DNA of 64,000 bases from Clostridia bacterium. Its GTDB lineage: Bacteria > Bacillota > Clostridia > JAAYHZ01. Shown here one piece after another: positions 18,935-29,893 of the stretch. The DNA lies in assembly GCA_050950825.1 (NCBI GenBank), contig JBMNIH010000003.1, positions 256,001-320,000 on the forward strand. The letters are read 5' to 3'. The first letter of the stretch is position 1, and the number at the start of each line of letters is the position of its first letter. The position numbers and the translations under genes were made by a program. Below the pieces are notes generated by a model. The model was not told the DNA's origin. It saw nothing but the letters and a program-made list of their open reading frames with translations, and did no database searches.

Positions 18935-20803
18935 TTATACGTCTTCCGCTACGGGAAATTCCGTTATTCTTAAATTGGTACAGCCGTAAGGGATAAGCCT
19001 TATTCTTTCGGGAGCCCCCTTTTTCGGTACGGGACCCGGTTTTTCATCGCAGGACCCGTTGGTCATGCCCCAATCCTCCGTATAATACGCATCGACATAA
19101 AGGGCAACGGGAGCGTTTTCAGGTGCAAACATGCAAGCATCCGTAACCTTTTTTTCCTCGTACGTCATTTTGGACGTATCCGGATCCAAAGCATACCTCC
19201 ATTCGGATACAGGATAAAGCTCGAAATCTCCGTGAGGCGGTGCTTTCAAAGGATCCTCCGTATTGACGGCGATTTTTTCTTCCTCTATGGGAAGAGAAAA
19301 CACCAAAGGCCCTTTCGTTACGGATACGGTTTTTTGCGGCGTTTCGTACAACGTAATCTCCGAAGGTAAGAGGATCCGTATTTCTTTGGATTTTTCTTCT
19401 CCGATTCGAACCTCCGTTTTTACAAATCCCTCTTTTACCGTTTCCTTATCGAAAGGCACACCGGTTACGGTCATACGGTTGCACCATTTCGGTACACGGA
19501 TATACAACGGGAAGGATACCGGCTTATCCGCTTTTATGAGCACGGTTACGTCTTCTTTAAAGGGATATTGGGTATCGACGATAACCTCTGCTTGTACATC
19601 CTTTAAGGTTGTGGACAAGCTACAAGGCGCGTAAGAAATCACGGCCAAGCCGTCGTCATCGGTTTTCATCCAAAGGCTTGCGGCATACTTGGGCCATCCT
19701 TGGCTTAGGTTGGCGGTGCAGCAGCCGTAATTCGGTTCAAGACCGAATATATTGGATGCAGGCCCGTTGGTCTTCCACGTCCTGCCTTGCTTTATGCTGC
19801 ACTCCGCTTGGTTGATCTGCTGGTCGTATTGGTGAGACCACATATCCGGTAAAAAAGTTGCCGGCCAAGCGTTAAAGGTTATCTTTTCCAGCCGGTCCGC
19901 CAAATCTCCTTTCCCGAACATCTCGATCAAAACCTCCAGGGAATACATGTACTCCGCTACGGCGCAAAGCTCGGTGCCTTGAACAGGGCTTTTTCCTGCA
20001 AGCACCTCGTCACCGCTAAAGACTCCGGTTACATAACCGTGGAATTCGTCCAAACGGTCCTTAGCTATCGTCAGGTTTTCCAAGTAATAGGGGTCTTCGG
20101 TCAAGGCGTAAGCAATGCCGTTGGCTTTTATGGCCATGGCGTTATTCACCACGTGCTTGTCAAAGCTCCAGCGTCCTTTTTCCGCGGGGGCTTCAACCAA
20201 GGGACTTCGATGGAATTCGTCCCACCTAAAGCCTTGGGCCATCAAACGTCGGCCTAAAAGAAGCCATTTTTCTTCCTTCGTCTTATCGTAAAGCCACAGC
20301 AAGGGAATGACTCCTTCGAACCATCGATACTGTGCCCAATGGCGCAACGGCGTACGGTCTATGGCTTTATCTACCGCATCAAAAAGCCGGGTTAAATACC
20401 GAACGCATCTTTCGTCCTTTTCCGCCAAGTAGTAGGTGTAGACGACTTTGGAAATCAGCAAAAGCGCCCACAGATCGTAGTTTCTTTTTTCTTGATCCGT
20501 CATGGGATAAGGCCAGCCGTCATCCTGCTGCTTGCTGAAAATCAAGTCCATTTTCTTCCGGATATTGTCCCTGAACTCAAGATCGTCCAACAGGTATGCC
20601 AGCGGGATTACCCCGTCCAGCCAATAGGGTGCTCGTTCCCAGCCCTCCGCGTTACCGCCGAACCATTTGCTGTCTTTGATATCAGGCCAGAAGCGATCAA
20701 GATTTCCGCTTAAACCTTCCTTTTGAACGGTCAGCTGCTTTAAAAGCCAACCCTTGGGCTTTATCAAGCCAAAAGACAGTTGCTCAAAACGAAACCGCAT
20801 CAT
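18935..20803 (-). CDS. GH127/GH146-type beta-L-arabinofuranosidase-like glycoside hydrolase
   Basis: WERAPYWLDG, HVVN, GTELCAVAE, YDQQ, CCTAN Zn-Cys motif, LIPYG. Confidence 0.85.
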   Translation of the reverse strand: MMRFRFEQLSFGLIKPKGWLLKQLTVQKEGLSGNLDRFWPDIKDSKWFGGNAEGWERAPYWLDGVIPLAYLLDDLEFRDNIRKKMDLIFSKQQDDGWPYPMTDQEKRNYDLWALLLISKVVYTYYLAEKDERCVRYLTRLFDAVDKAIDRTPLRHWAQYRWFEGVIPLLWLYDKTKEEKWLLLGRRLMAQGFRWDEFHRSPLVEAPAEKGRWSFDKHVVNNAMAIKANGIAYALTEDPYYLENLTIAKDRLDEFHGYVTGVFSGDEVLAGKSPVQGTELCAVAEYMYSLEVLIEMFGKGDLADRLEKITFNAWPATFLPDMWSHQYDQQINQAECSIKQGRTWKTNGPASNIFGLEPNYGCCTANLSQGWPKYAASLWMKTDDDGLAVISYAPCSLSTTLKDVQAEVIVDTQYPFKEDVTVLIKADKPVSFPLYIRVPKWCNRMTVTGVPFDKETVKEGFVKTEVRIGEEKSKEIRILLPSEITLYETPQKTVSVTKGPLVFSLPIEEEKIAVNTEDPLKAPPHGDFELYPVSEWRYALDPDTSKMTYEEKKVTDACMFAPENAPVALYVDAYYTEDWGMTNGSCDEKPGPVPKKGAPERIRLIPYGCTNLRITEFPVAEDV

Positions 20804-20841
20804 GATCCGCCTCCCGTTATGAAATATATTGTATTACAATA

Positions 20842-21372
20842 TCAATATTCCATTCCTCTTCTCAAGACTTTCATTTCTTCGGGAATCAAGTGATGATATT
20901 TTTCTCTTAAACCGTGTTTCAAAGACAATTCAAAGGATTCCGGCTTAATAATGTTCGTGTGGGCAATCAATTTGCCTAACAAAAAGATGTTGGCAAAGGT
21001 GGCGTTACCGGCCTCCGACGCCAATTCCGTTGCGGGAATGGCATAGGTCACCACGTCTTCCCGATTGACCTGCCGTCCTACCAAGGAAGAGTCCACGATA
21101 ATGACACCGCCCGGGCGGACGATTTTCTCAAACTTGTCCAAAGAAGGGGTGTTCATGGCAATCAAAGCGGTAGGATCGTTTACGATCGGAGATCCTACTT
21201 GCTCGTCGCTGATGATGATGCAGCAGTTGGCCGTCCCGCCCCTCATTTCCGGGCCATAGGAGGGCAGCCAAGAAACATTCTTGTCTTCCAGCATACCGGC
21301 ATAAGCCAAAAATCTTCCGGCGGAAAGGATCCCTTGTCCTCCGAAACCGGCGATGATAATTTTCTGTTCCAT
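20842..21372 (-). CDS. 2-oxoacid:ferredoxin oxidoreductase gamma subunit
   Basis: AGFGGQG, SYGPEMRGGTANC. Confidence 0.93.
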   Translation of the reverse strand: MEQKIIIAGFGGQGILSAGRFLAYAGMLEDKNVSWLPSYGPEMRGGTANCCIIISDEQVGSPIVNDPTALIAMNTPSLDKFEKIVRPGGVIIVDSSLVGRQVNREDVVTYAIPATELASEAGNATFANIFLLGKLIAHTNIIKPESFELSLKHGLREKYHHLIPEEMKVLRRGMEY

Positions 21373-21375
21373 TCC

Positions 21376-22122
21376 TTACACCTCCAGGTCGGCACCCTTA
21401 AAGTTCCCAAGGGGATAATAAGGGATCATTTTATCTTGAACCCACTTCATGGCGTCTACGGGATTGATTCCCCAGTTGGTAGGACATGTGGACAACACTT
21501 CCACAATGGAGAATCCGTAGCCTTTTTGCTGAACCTGAAATGCTTTTTTAATGGCTTTTTTCGCATTCCGAATATTCTTAATATCGTGAACGGATACTCT
21601 TTCCACAAAGGCGGCGCCGGTCAAGGTAGACAGCATTTCGCAAACCCGAATGGGATAGCCTTGAATCTCGGGCTTTCTGCCGTAAGGGGATGTGGTGGTC
21701 ACTTGTCCGACCAGCGTGGTAGGCGCCATCTGTCCGGAGGTCATTCCGTATATGGCGTTGTTAATAAACACCGTGGTGATTTTTTCGCCTCTTGCGGCGG
21801 CATGTACGATTTCGGCGGTACCGATGGCGGCCAAGTCGCCGTCTCCTTGGTACGTGAAAACCACCTTATCCGGATGGACGCGCTTGACGCCGGTTGCAAC
21901 CGCCGGCGCTCTTCCGTGAGCGGCCTGCTGCATATCGCAATTAAAATACAAATAGTTATTGTATGCGCAGCCTACCGGAGATACTCCGATGGTGGTACCT
22001 TCTATGTTCAATTCGTCTATAACCTCGGCTACCAATCGATGAACGATTCCGTGGGTACAGCCGGGGCAGTAGTGCATGGATACATCCACCAATGCATGGG
22101 GTCTGTCAAATACTACAGCCAT
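21376..22122 (-). CDS. 2-oxoacid:ferredoxin oxidoreductase beta (TPP-binding) subunit
   Basis: YCPGCTHG, HGRA, GDGD...NNAIYGMTSGQ, CPTNW. Confidence 0.93.
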   Translation of the reverse strand: MAVVFDRPHALVDVSMHYCPGCTHGIVHRLVAEVIDELNIEGTTIGVSPVGCAYNNYLYFNCDMQQAAHGRAPAVATGVKRVHPDKVVFTYQGDGDLAAIGTAEIVHAAARGEKITTVFINNAIYGMTSGQMAPTTLVGQVTTTSPYGRKPEIQGYPIRVCEMLSTLTGAAFVERVSVHDIKNIRNAKKAIKKAFQVQQKGYGFSIVEVLSTCPTNWGINPVDAMKWVQDKMIPYYPLGNFKGADLEV

Positions 22123-22124
22123 GG

Positions 22125-23192
22125 TTAGCCTCCCAACTTCTCTAAAATTTCTTTGATCTTGTCGTATATTTCTTTTTCCGTAGGAATCATACCTCCGGTC
22201 CTGCCGTGGAAATATACCGGCTTTTTACCGTTTACGGCAAGCCGAACATCTTCCACCATCTGCCCTGCAGACAGCTCAACCGATAAAAAGGCTTTTGCAT
22301 ATTCCGCGCATTTCACATAAGCTTCCGAGGGGAAGGGCCACAACGTGATCGGCCGAATCAGCCCGACATTGATATTGTCCTTTTTCGCCAATTTAATGAC
22401 GTTCTTAACGATTCGAGCGACGGTTCCGTATGCAGTGACAATAATGTCCGCATTTTCCGTATTGAACTCTTCCACGCGAACTTCCTTTTCGGCAATCAAA
22501 GCGTACTTTTTCTGCAGCTTATTGTTATGGGCTTCCAACACCTCCGGTTCGATATATATGGAAGTGATGGTATTGTGTTTTCTTTTCATGCCGGTTCCGA
22601 CGGTTGCCCATGCCTTTTCGTCCTTGTAGATATCCTCTTGGTCTTTGAATTGGACCGGTTCCATCATTTGACCCAAATTACCGTCCCCCATAATCATAAC
22701 CAAGGTTCTGTATTTATCGGCAATATTAAAAGCTTCCACCGTAAGCTCGTACAATTCCTGAAGATTTGCGGGAGCCAAAACCACCATTTTGTAGTCTCCG
22801 TGCCCGCCGCCTTTGACGGCTTGGAAGTAGTCTCCCTGTGCCGGCAGGATTCCTCCCAAACCGGGACCGCATCTTACAATGTTAACAATGACTGCAGGAA
22901 GCTCCGCACAAGCCATGTAAGAAATCCCTTCCTGCTTTAAGCTGATACCCGGGCTTGAAGAGGAGGTCATACATCTCGCGCCCGCCCCGGAGGCTCCGTA
23001 AAGCATGTTAATAGCGGCCACTTCGCTTTCTGCTTGCACAAAGGTTCCGCCGACCAAGGGCAGCTGCTTTGCCATGTAGTGTGCAATATCGGATTGCGGT
23101 GTAATGGGATAACCGAAATAGTGTGTACATCCGGCGCGTATCGCCGCTTCCGCTATAACTTCGTTTCCTTTCATCAAGACTTTTTTACCCAT
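22125..23192 (-). CDS. vorB: 2-oxoacid:ferredoxin oxidoreductase alpha subunit (VorB-like)
   Basis: KGNE, GYPITPQ, QAESE, TSSSSPG. Confidence 0.9.
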   Translation of the reverse strand: MGKKVLMKGNEVIAEAAIRAGCTHYFGYPITPQSDIAHYMAKQLPLVGGTFVQAESEVAAINMLYGASGAGARCMTSSSSPGISLKQEGISYMACAELPAVIVNIVRCGPGLGGILPAQGDYFQAVKGGGHGDYKMVVLAPANLQELYELTVEAFNIADKYRTLVMIMGDGNLGQMMEPVQFKDQEDIYKDEKAWATVGTGMKRKHNTITSIYIEPEVLEAHNNKLQKKYALIAEKEVRVEEFNTENADIIVTAYGTVARIVKNVIKLAKKDNINVGLIRPITLWPFPSEAYVKCAEYAKAFLSVELSAGQMVEDVRLAVNGKKPVYFHGRTGGMIPTEKEIYDKIKEILEKLGG

Positions 23193-23203
23193 ATCGCATC
23201 TCC

Positions 23204-23422
23204 TTACTTTTCTACTCGAATAACCGTATCAGGACAAATCGTAGCGCAAAAAGCGCAGCTGATACATTTATCTTGCTCTATAACACCGGCCGGATGGTAT
23301 CCTTTCTCATTCAGCCGGTCTTCTCTCATAATGACGATTTTTTTTGGACACACGGATACGCATAGCTCGCATCCTTTGCATCGGTCCTCACGAAAAAAAA
23401 CTTTTGCTTTTGTCATTACCAT
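23204..23422 (-). CDS. 2x[4Fe-4S] ferredoxin (delta subunit)
   Basis: CKGCELCVSVCP and CISCAFCATICP; start trimmed to MVMTKAK. Confidence 0.9.
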   Translation of the reverse strand: MVMTKAKVFFREDRCKGCELCVSVCPKKIVIMREDRLNEKGYHPAGVIEQDKCISCAFCATICPDTVIRVEK

Positions 23423-23554
23423 TTTCACCATCCTACATATAAAAATAGATATATAAACGAACTTTGTCCGATTATCGACTAAAAAAATCAATAAAATCAA
23501 TTATAGAACCAAACCCACCTCGTGTCAACCGCCGCAGGGCATTCCTCCCGGTTA

Positions 23555-24037
23555 TCAAAGAATCATATCCGCAATTGCAATCAATGCACCTATAAAAATA
23601 AACAGGTCCGCCAAGTTAAAGACCACGTTTTTTACGGGTTTTATAACAAGAAAATCGGTGACGGCCCCGTGCCGCATCCGATCGATGAAGTTGGCCAAGC
23701 CTCCTCCGTACATAATAGCCAAAGGTATTACGGCATCGTCTTTTTCAATCGTGAAAAAGACAATGGCGGCAAGAGCTAACAGCATAACCAAAACGGTTAA
23801 AACGTTCAGTAAAACCTTTTTCTTTTTTAAAAAACCCAAGATAGCGCCCGGATTTTTATAGGGCCTCGTTACCCGAATAAACCCCTTATGGGATAAAACC
23901 GGAGGAAGATTTTTCTCCCCTCCGGTTTCTTCTAATCTTTCATAATGCTTTTTCACTCGATTTTTTACGTACAAATCGATAAAAGCTTCCGACAGAATAA
24001 TCAAAACAACCCAAATACCCATCAGGCACCACAGCAC
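23555..24037 (-). CDS. lspA: Signal peptidase II family protein
   Basis: [28 protein letters not shown] motifs. Confidence 0.78.
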   Translation of the reverse strand: MLWCLMGIWVVLIILSEAFIDLYVKNRVKKHYERLEETGGEKNLPPVLSHKGFIRVTRPYKNPGAILGFLKKKKVLLNVLTVLVMLLALAAIVFFTIEKDDAVIPLAIMYGGGLANFIDRMRHGAVTDFLVIKPVKNVVFNLADLFIFIGALIAIADMIL

Positions 24038-24504
24038 TTTTTGTACTTTTTACCGCTGCCGCAAGGACAGGGATCGTTTCGTCCGGGCTTTTCTCGCTTG
24101 GCCGTTACGGTTTCCAAATAGTTTTTTCGGATTTCATCTCTTTTTTCTTTGTCGAAGATGTCGTTCCATTCTTCCAAATTGTATAGCCATTCGGCTTTTG
24201 CGTTGTACATATTCCATAAAAGCTTTTCGTATTCAATGTCTAATTTCACCGAATCGGCAGCTTCCAAGGAATCGATGTCCAACTCTTCCTTTAATGAAGT
24301 GTTGATTCCGGATAAAAAAGCCGCCGTTTCCGGAAGGGATAAATTCCACTTTTTCGAAAGACCCTCTACCGTATCTTCAATCTTCGTGATTTTATTCGCC
24401 AAGATTTCTTGATATACGTTCTTTTCTTTTAAGTAGTATTCTTGTATATAGGCGGCGTCCCCTTGCTTCTCTACAAAATCCGACCACTGTTGATACAAAC
24501 TCAT
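24022..24504 (-). CDS. SEC-C metal-binding domain protein
   Basis: C-terminal [18 protein letters not shown]. Confidence 0.88.
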   Translation of the reverse strand: MSLYQQWSDFVEKQGDAAYIQEYYLKEKNVYQEILANKITKIEDTVEGLSKKWNLSLPETAAFLSGINTSLKEELDIDSLEAADSVKLDIEYEKLLWNMYNAKAEWLYNLEEWNDIFDKEKRDEIRKNYLETVTAKREKPGRNDPCPCGSGKKYKKCCGA

Positions 24505-24511
24505 TTTTCTA

Positions 24512-25177
24512 TCATCTCCCGTTCGTTAGAATTTCTTTTGCTATGGCAACCGAAGCGCTGCATCCTAAGCGATCCGCTCCGGCTTCGATCATATCCATGG
24601 CTTGCTTCAAGGTTCGAATGCCTCCTGCGGCTTTTACCTTTAAACGGTCTCCTACGGTTTTTTTCATCAATCGGACATGATGCACATCGGCTCCGGGTCC
24701 GTTAAATCCCGTGGAGGTTTTGACAAAATCCGCACCGGCTTCTTCACATATTTTGCATGCCGTAATGATTTCCTCATCGGTCAAAAAGCAGGTTTCCAAA
24801 ATCACCTTCACTATAGCCTTTCCTTTGACCGCTTCCGTCGTCATATAAATATCTTTCCGGACATACGGGAAATTTCCTTCCTTCAATGCGCCGACGGACA
24901 GAACCATGTCGATTTCTTGGGCACCGTTCTCAACGGCCAAAGAAGCTTCGTAGGCTTTTACCTCGGAGGCTTCCGCCCCTAAGGGAAATCCCGCAACCGC
25001 CGCGACCTTAACGGAGGAGCCCCTTAATTCCTCCGCCGCCTTTTTTACAAAACGGCCGTTGACGCATACGGCGCCAAAACCGTACTCCTTCGCTTCATTG
25101 CATAGCTTGAATATGTCGTTCCAAACGGCATCCGGCTTAAGATTCGTATGATCGATAATGGACAACAATTCTTTCAT
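24512..25177 (-). CDS. deoC: Deoxyribose-phosphate aldolase
   Basis: [31 protein letters not shown]. Confidence 0.96.
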   Translation of the reverse strand: MKELLSIIDHTNLKPDAVWNDIFKLCNEAKEYGFGAVCVNGRFVKKAAEELRGSSVKVAAVAGFPLGAEASEVKAYEASLAVENGAQEIDMVLSVGALKEGNFPYVRKDIYMTTEAVKGKAIVKVILETCFLTDEEIITACKICEEAGADFVKTSTGFNGPGADVHHVRLMKKTVGDRLKVKAAGGIRTLKQAMDMIEAGADRLGCSASVAIAKEILTNGR

Positions 25178-25192
25178 CTTTTACCTTCCTTT

Positions 25193-26125
25193 CTACCTGT
25201 TTTCCCTAAAGTAGGGCAAGCCCATGGATGTGGGAGGTAAATTCTTTTTGGACTTTTTCACCGATGCAATAATCAATATGATAATGGTGGCCGCATAGGG
25301 CAGCATATCCAGAAAATACTGAGGAATGCTTAACTCGAACTTCTGCAGGCGGAATCCCAAAATATCCAGTCCGCCGAACAAATACGAACCGGCAATGGCT
25401 TTATAGGGGTTCCAGGTAACGAAAATAACCAGTGCAACAGCAATCCATCCTCTTCCCGCCACAATGTTATCCTGCCATGCGGGAACATAAATCAAGGAAA
25501 GATACGCACCGGCCAAACCGCACAATGCGCCTCCGATCAAGATATGAACGTATTTGTATAAGTTCACGTTGATGCCGGCAGCATCGGCCGCTGCAGGATT
25601 CTCTCCGACGGCGATCAGGTTCAGCCCTTTTCTCGTTTTATACAAATAAATCCCGATAATAATGACAATCACATAGGAAATGTAGACGATAGGGTCTTTG
25701 TTAAAAAGAATGTCCCCTATAAACGGGATGTCCCCCAATAGAGGTATTTTAACGTTTGCCAAGGCGGCCTTTACGTTATCGGGAACCAGCAAACCTACGT
25801 ATTTCTGACCTAAAAATCCGGCAAATCCGGTTCCGAAGGTGGTCAAGGCCAACCCGGATACTTGCTGATTCACTCTTAAAGTAACCGTTAAAAATGCATA
25901 AATCAAAGAACCCAGCGCACCGGTTAAGAAGGCGGCCGCAAGGGCTAAAAAGGGACTTTGGGTATGATAGGCGGTTATAAATCCCATAACGGCACCCATT
26001 AACATCATGCCTTCGATTCCCAAATTCAAGTTCCCCGCTTTTTCCGTCAAAATTTCGCCGAGGGTTGCCAGCAACAAGGGGGTTCCGGCTATAACGGCAG
26101 CCGATAAGAAAAGCTTTAAATCCAT
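25193..26125 (-). CDS. Nucleoside ABC transporter permease
   Basis: GTPLLLATLGE...NLGIEG, AVGENP, AGRGWIAVA. Confidence 0.9.
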   Translation of the reverse strand: MDLKLFLSAAVIAGTPLLLATLGEILTEKAGNLNLGIEGMMLMGAVMGFITAYHTQSPFLALAAAFLTGALGSLIYAFLTVTLRVNQQVSGLALTTFGTGFAGFLGQKYVGLLVPDNVKAALANVKIPLLGDIPFIGDILFNKDPIVYISYVIVIIIGIYLYKTRKGLNLIAVGENPAAADAAGINVNLYKYVHILIGGALCGLAGAYLSLIYVPAWQDNIVAGRGWIAVALVIFVTWNPYKAIAGSYLFGGLDILGFRLQKFELSIPQYFLDMLPYAATIIILIIASVKKSKKNLPPTSMGLPYFRENR

Positions 26126-26126
26126 A

Positions 26127-27191
26127 TCAATTTCCTCCTTGTTCTTTCTTTACGGGAACAATTTTGTATCGGATGAAAAACTCGGTTCCTAGTATAAAGA
26201 ACAAAATCATCCCTTGAATAATTTCGGTAACCGCTTGGGGAATTTGGTACGCCGTTTCGATAAATACGCCTCCTTGTACCATGGCCGCGAATAAAAAGGC
26301 GACGATTACCATGACGGGCATGCTCAAACGGGAAAGCCAAGCGATAATGATGGCGGTAAAGCCTGCATTGGCGGACGTGGTGACGGCCAGCGTGCGTCCT
26401 ACCCCCGATGCTTGGATCATACCGGCCAGCCCGCATAATCCTCCGCTTATAAACAGAGCCTCCAGCATAATCTTTTTAACGTTCATACCGGCATAACGAG
26501 CCGTATTGACGCTTTCTCCTACCACGGAAATTTCGTATCCTTTTTTCGAGTGTTTCATAAAGATATGCATAACCACGGCCAGAACCAAGGTAACGACCCA
26601 TCCCGCATGGATGCCGAATACATCCGGAAGCCAAGCGTTTTTCGAAAAGTCGGCAATTTTCGGAAAGCCCACGGCATTCGGATCCTTCCATGCGCTGTAT
26701 TGAAGGTATGTAACCCATTTGATGGCAATGTAGTTCATCATCAAAGTAAACAAGGTTTCGTTGGTATTGAACTTCGCTTTGAAAATAGCGGGAATCAAAG
26801 CATACAAACCGCCGAAAACAAATCCCGTTACGGCCATAAAGAGCAGCAAAACCGGTTTGCTTAAATCCGGAAAATTTAAAGCCACTAACGCCGCTCCGAA
26901 GGCTCCCATCATAATCTGTCCCTCGCCGCCGATATTCCAAAACTTCAGCTTAAAAGCCACGGATATACCGAAAGAGGTGATGGCAAGAGGGATGGCTCTT
27001 ATGATAATGCTTCGTATACGATAATAGGAACCGAAGGCTCCCTTGATCATGGAAGCATAAACTTGAATCGGGTTTTTCTTGGTTATTAAGATAAATATCG
27101 AAGATATGACGAGGGCTCCGATAATTCCGATAAGACGATAAAGAGCCGCTTGCTTGTTCGAAACACCGGTTTTTTGCGCAATCCTATACAT
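26127..27191 (-). CDS. Nucleoside ABC transporter permease
   Basis: WNIGGEGQ, NETLFTLMMNY, GYEISVVG...ARYAG. Confidence 0.9.
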   Translation of the reverse strand: MYRIAQKTGVSNKQAALYRLIGIIGALVISSIFILITKKNPIQVYASMIKGAFGSYYRIRSIIIRAIPLAITSFGISVAFKLKFWNIGGEGQIMMGAFGAALVALNFPDLSKPVLLLFMAVTGFVFGGLYALIPAIFKAKFNTNETLFTLMMNYIAIKWVTYLQYSAWKDPNAVGFPKIADFSKNAWLPDVFGIHAGWVVTLVLAVVMHIFMKHSKKGYEISVVGESVNTARYAGMNVKKIMLEALFISGGLCGLAGMIQASGVGRTLAVTTSANAGFTAIIIAWLSRLSMPVMVIVAFLFAAMVQGGVFIETAYQIPQAVTEIIQGMILFFILGTEFFIRYKIVPVKKEQGGN

Positions 27192-28692
27192 ACATCATCA
27201 CCTTTCCGGTCATCATTAAACCGATTTGCTCCTTGGTGGCATTTCTCGCATCCACAATCCCCGATATTTTACCGGCAAACATGACAATAATCCTGTCGCA
27301 GAGCTGGAGCAGGGTATCCAAATCCTCGCCGATATACAGAACGGCGACCCCTCTTTTCTTTTGTCGGTTCAGCATATCGTATATGGTGTAGGAAGCGCCG
27401 ATATCCAAGCCTCGAACGGCGTAAGCCGTAATCAATACCTTCGGATTCGATTCGATTTCTCTTCCTAACAATACCTTTTGTATGTTTCCTCCGGACAGCT
27501 TGCTTACGGGAGTACTGATGCTCGGAGTCGAGATGTCCATTTTTTCAACGATTTTTTTAGCCATTTCGCGGGCAGGCTGGCGATTGATGAAAAGTCCTTT
27601 TTGGTCTCTGTAGCTTTTCAAAAGCATATTGTCGGTAATGTCCATGGATCCGACCAAGCCCATACCCAATCGGTCCTCGGGGATAAAACTCATGCTGACT
27701 CCCATTCGAATGATTTCTCCCGGGGTTTTCCCGATGATTTCTTGGCCCATGCATTTCACGGAGCCTTTATGGACCGGATACAGCCCGGCGATAGCCTCGC
27801 AAAGCTCTTTCTGACCGCTTCCCGCAACACCGGCAACGCCGACGATTTCATGAGAAAAAAGCTCGAATCCGATTTCGTCCAAAACCTTCACTCCGTCTTC
27901 GTTGTACGCCGTCACTCCGTCCAGGGTCAAAAGAACTTCTCCGAGTTCGCATTCCTCCCTGTGTATCACAGGATCCATGGGTTTTCCCACCATTAATTCC
28001 GTCAGCTCCCATATGCTGGTTTCTTTTGTGATTAACGTTCCTACGTTTCTTCCTTTTCTTAAAACCGTTACGCGGTCGCTGATTTCCATAACCTCGTTCA
28101 ATTTATGGGTGATGATAATAATGGCATGTCCGGCGCTTCTCATATTTTTCAAAATGACAAACAGCTTTTTAATTTCTTCGGGAGTCAAAACGGCGGTAGG
28201 CTCGTCCAAGATCAAAATATCGGCACCGCGATACAGGACCCGAATAATTTCCAAGGTCTGCTTTTCGCCTACGCTCATATCGTATACGTATTTATCAAGA
28301 TCGATATGCAGGCCGTACTTATCCATCAGCTCGTTAATCTTTTTGATCTCTTTTTTTTGCCGCAGCGAAGCCGAGGAATTGCCCATGAGAATATTCTGGT
28401 ACCCCGTAAAATTGTCTATTAATTTAAAATGCTGGTGAATCATTCCTATTCCCAGCTTAATCGAGTCTTTGGGGGAGCGAATTTCGGCAGGCTTCCCGTT
28501 TATGGTTATAGAACCGCTGTCAGGCATATAAATGCCTGACAGCATATTCATTAATGTACTTTTACCGGAACCGTTCTCGCCTAATATGGCCAAGATTTCT
28601 CCTTTTTCCACATCCAAATCGATGTGGTCATTGGCGACCACCGTTCCGAATTTTTTCACTATTCCATGAAATTGTACATACGCTTCTTTCAT
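27184..28692 (-). CDS. Nucleoside/sugar ABC transporter ATP-binding protein (two NBDs)
   Basis: GENGSGKST, DEPT, PEDR, LSGGNIQK. Confidence 0.93.
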   Translation of the reverse strand: MKEAYVQFHGIVKKFGTVVANDHIDLDVEKGEILAILGENGSGKSTLMNMLSGIYMPDSGSITINGKPAEIRSPKDSIKLGIGMIHQHFKLIDNFTGYQNILMGNSSASLRQKKEIKKINELMDKYGLHIDLDKYVYDMSVGEKQTLEIIRVLYRGADILILDEPTAVLTPEEIKKLFVILKNMRSAGHAIIIITHKLNEVMEISDRVTVLRKGRNVGTLITKETSIWELTELMVGKPMDPVIHREECELGEVLLTLDGVTAYNEDGVKVLDEIGFELFSHEIVGVAGVAGSGQKELCEAIAGLYPVHKGSVKCMGQEIIGKTPGEIIRMGVSMSFIPEDRLGMGLVGSMDITDNMLLKSYRDQKGLFINRQPAREMAKKIVEKMDISTPSISTPVSKLSGGNIQKVLLGREIESNPKVLITAYAVRGLDIGASYTIYDMLNRQKKRGVAVLYIGEDLDTLLQLCDRIIVMFAGKISGIVDARNATKEQIGLMMTGKVMMYV

Positions 28693-28699
28693 TGATCTT

Positions 28700-29779
28700 C
28701 TATCCTATTTTTCCGACGACGCCTTTTACAAACCAGTCAAAGCTCAGCATTTCTTCGTCGGTCATTTTTTGGCCTTCTTTCACTTTCAAATTGCCGTTTT
28801 GGTCATAGATAGGACCGGTAAATACGTCGAATTTGCCTTCGATAATCTGCTTCTTCATTTCTTCGACCTTTTGCTTCGCCGCTTCCGGAACGTATTCGCT
28901 TAATTCCGCCAAGCCAACGATACCGGTTTCCATACCGCCCCAGTAGCTTTCCGCTTTCCATGTACCGTTCATCATATTCTGAACTTGTTCCACGTAGTAA
29001 GGTCCGAAATCCCAAACCGGAGCCGTTAAGAAAGCCTTCGGTGCCGATTCACGAGAGTCCGTATGATAACCGATGGCAAACTTGCCTCTTTCTTGTGCGG
29101 CAATCATGGGGCCCGGGGTGTCTTGATGCTGGGCAATAACATCACAGCCTTCGTCTAACAAAGCTAAAGCGGCATCCTTTTCCTTCGCAGGATCATACCA
29201 GGTGTTTGTCCATCTTACGATTACTTGCGCATCGGGATTTACGGCTTGAACGCCCAACGCAAAGGCATTGATTCCGCGAACAACCTCGGGAATATCAAAA
29301 GCGGCAACGTATCCGATCTTTTTGCTTTCGGTTTTCAAACCGGCTACAATACCGGATAAATAACGAGGCTGGTACATTCTTCCGAAGTAGTTGCTCATGT
29401 TGTCCGCCATTTCATATCCGGAACAATGCAAGAACTTCACTTCGGGGAATTCCAAAGCCATCTTTTTGGTCGCATTCATAAATCCGAAGCTGGTGGTGAA
29501 AATCATGGAGCAGCCTTGGTCGATCATGTTGCGAATAGCCGCTTCTACCGCAGCGTCTTCTTCCGCAACGTTTTCCTGATAGATGGTTTCTACGTCCAAT
29601 TGCTCTTCAAGATACAACCGAGCTTGATCATGGGCGTATGACCAACCCTTGTCCCCGGCAGGTCCTACGTAAATAAATCCCACTTTGACCTTATCGCTTT
29701 CTTCGGCTTTCTGACAACCGGCAGCGAGTGTCAAAATTAAAACAAAAACCACCGCTATAGCGCATACTTTTCTAAACAT
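28700..29779 (-). CDS. BMP-family nucleoside-binding lipoprotein
   Basis: Lipobox LAAGC, GFIYVGP, TTSFGF, WYDP; start moved to MFRK after AGGAGG. Confidence 0.92.
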   Translation of the reverse strand: MFRKVCAIAVVFVLILTLAAGCQKAEESDKVKVGFIYVGPAGDKGWSYAHDQARLYLEEQLDVETIYQENVAEEDAAVEAAIRNMIDQGCSMIFTTSFGFMNATKKMALEFPEVKFLHCSGYEMADNMSNYFGRMYQPRYLSGIVAGLKTESKKIGYVAAFDIPEVVRGINAFALGVQAVNPDAQVIVRWTNTWYDPAKEKDAALALLDEGCDVIAQHQDTPGPMIAAQERGKFAIGYHTDSRESAPKAFLTAPVWDFGPYYVEQVQNMMNGTWKAESYWGGMETGIVGLAELSEYVPEAAKQKVEEMKKQIIEGKFDVFTGPIYDQNGNLKVKEGQKMTDEEMLSFDWFVKGVVGKIG

Positions 29780-29893
29780 GCTATTTCTCCTCCTATAGTT
29801 TGCATCTTTTAGAAATAAAATTATATGTAAACCTAGATAACGGCAACACTTTGATAAAGCAGCCATATAATCAAGAAGATCTTGAAGAATATG

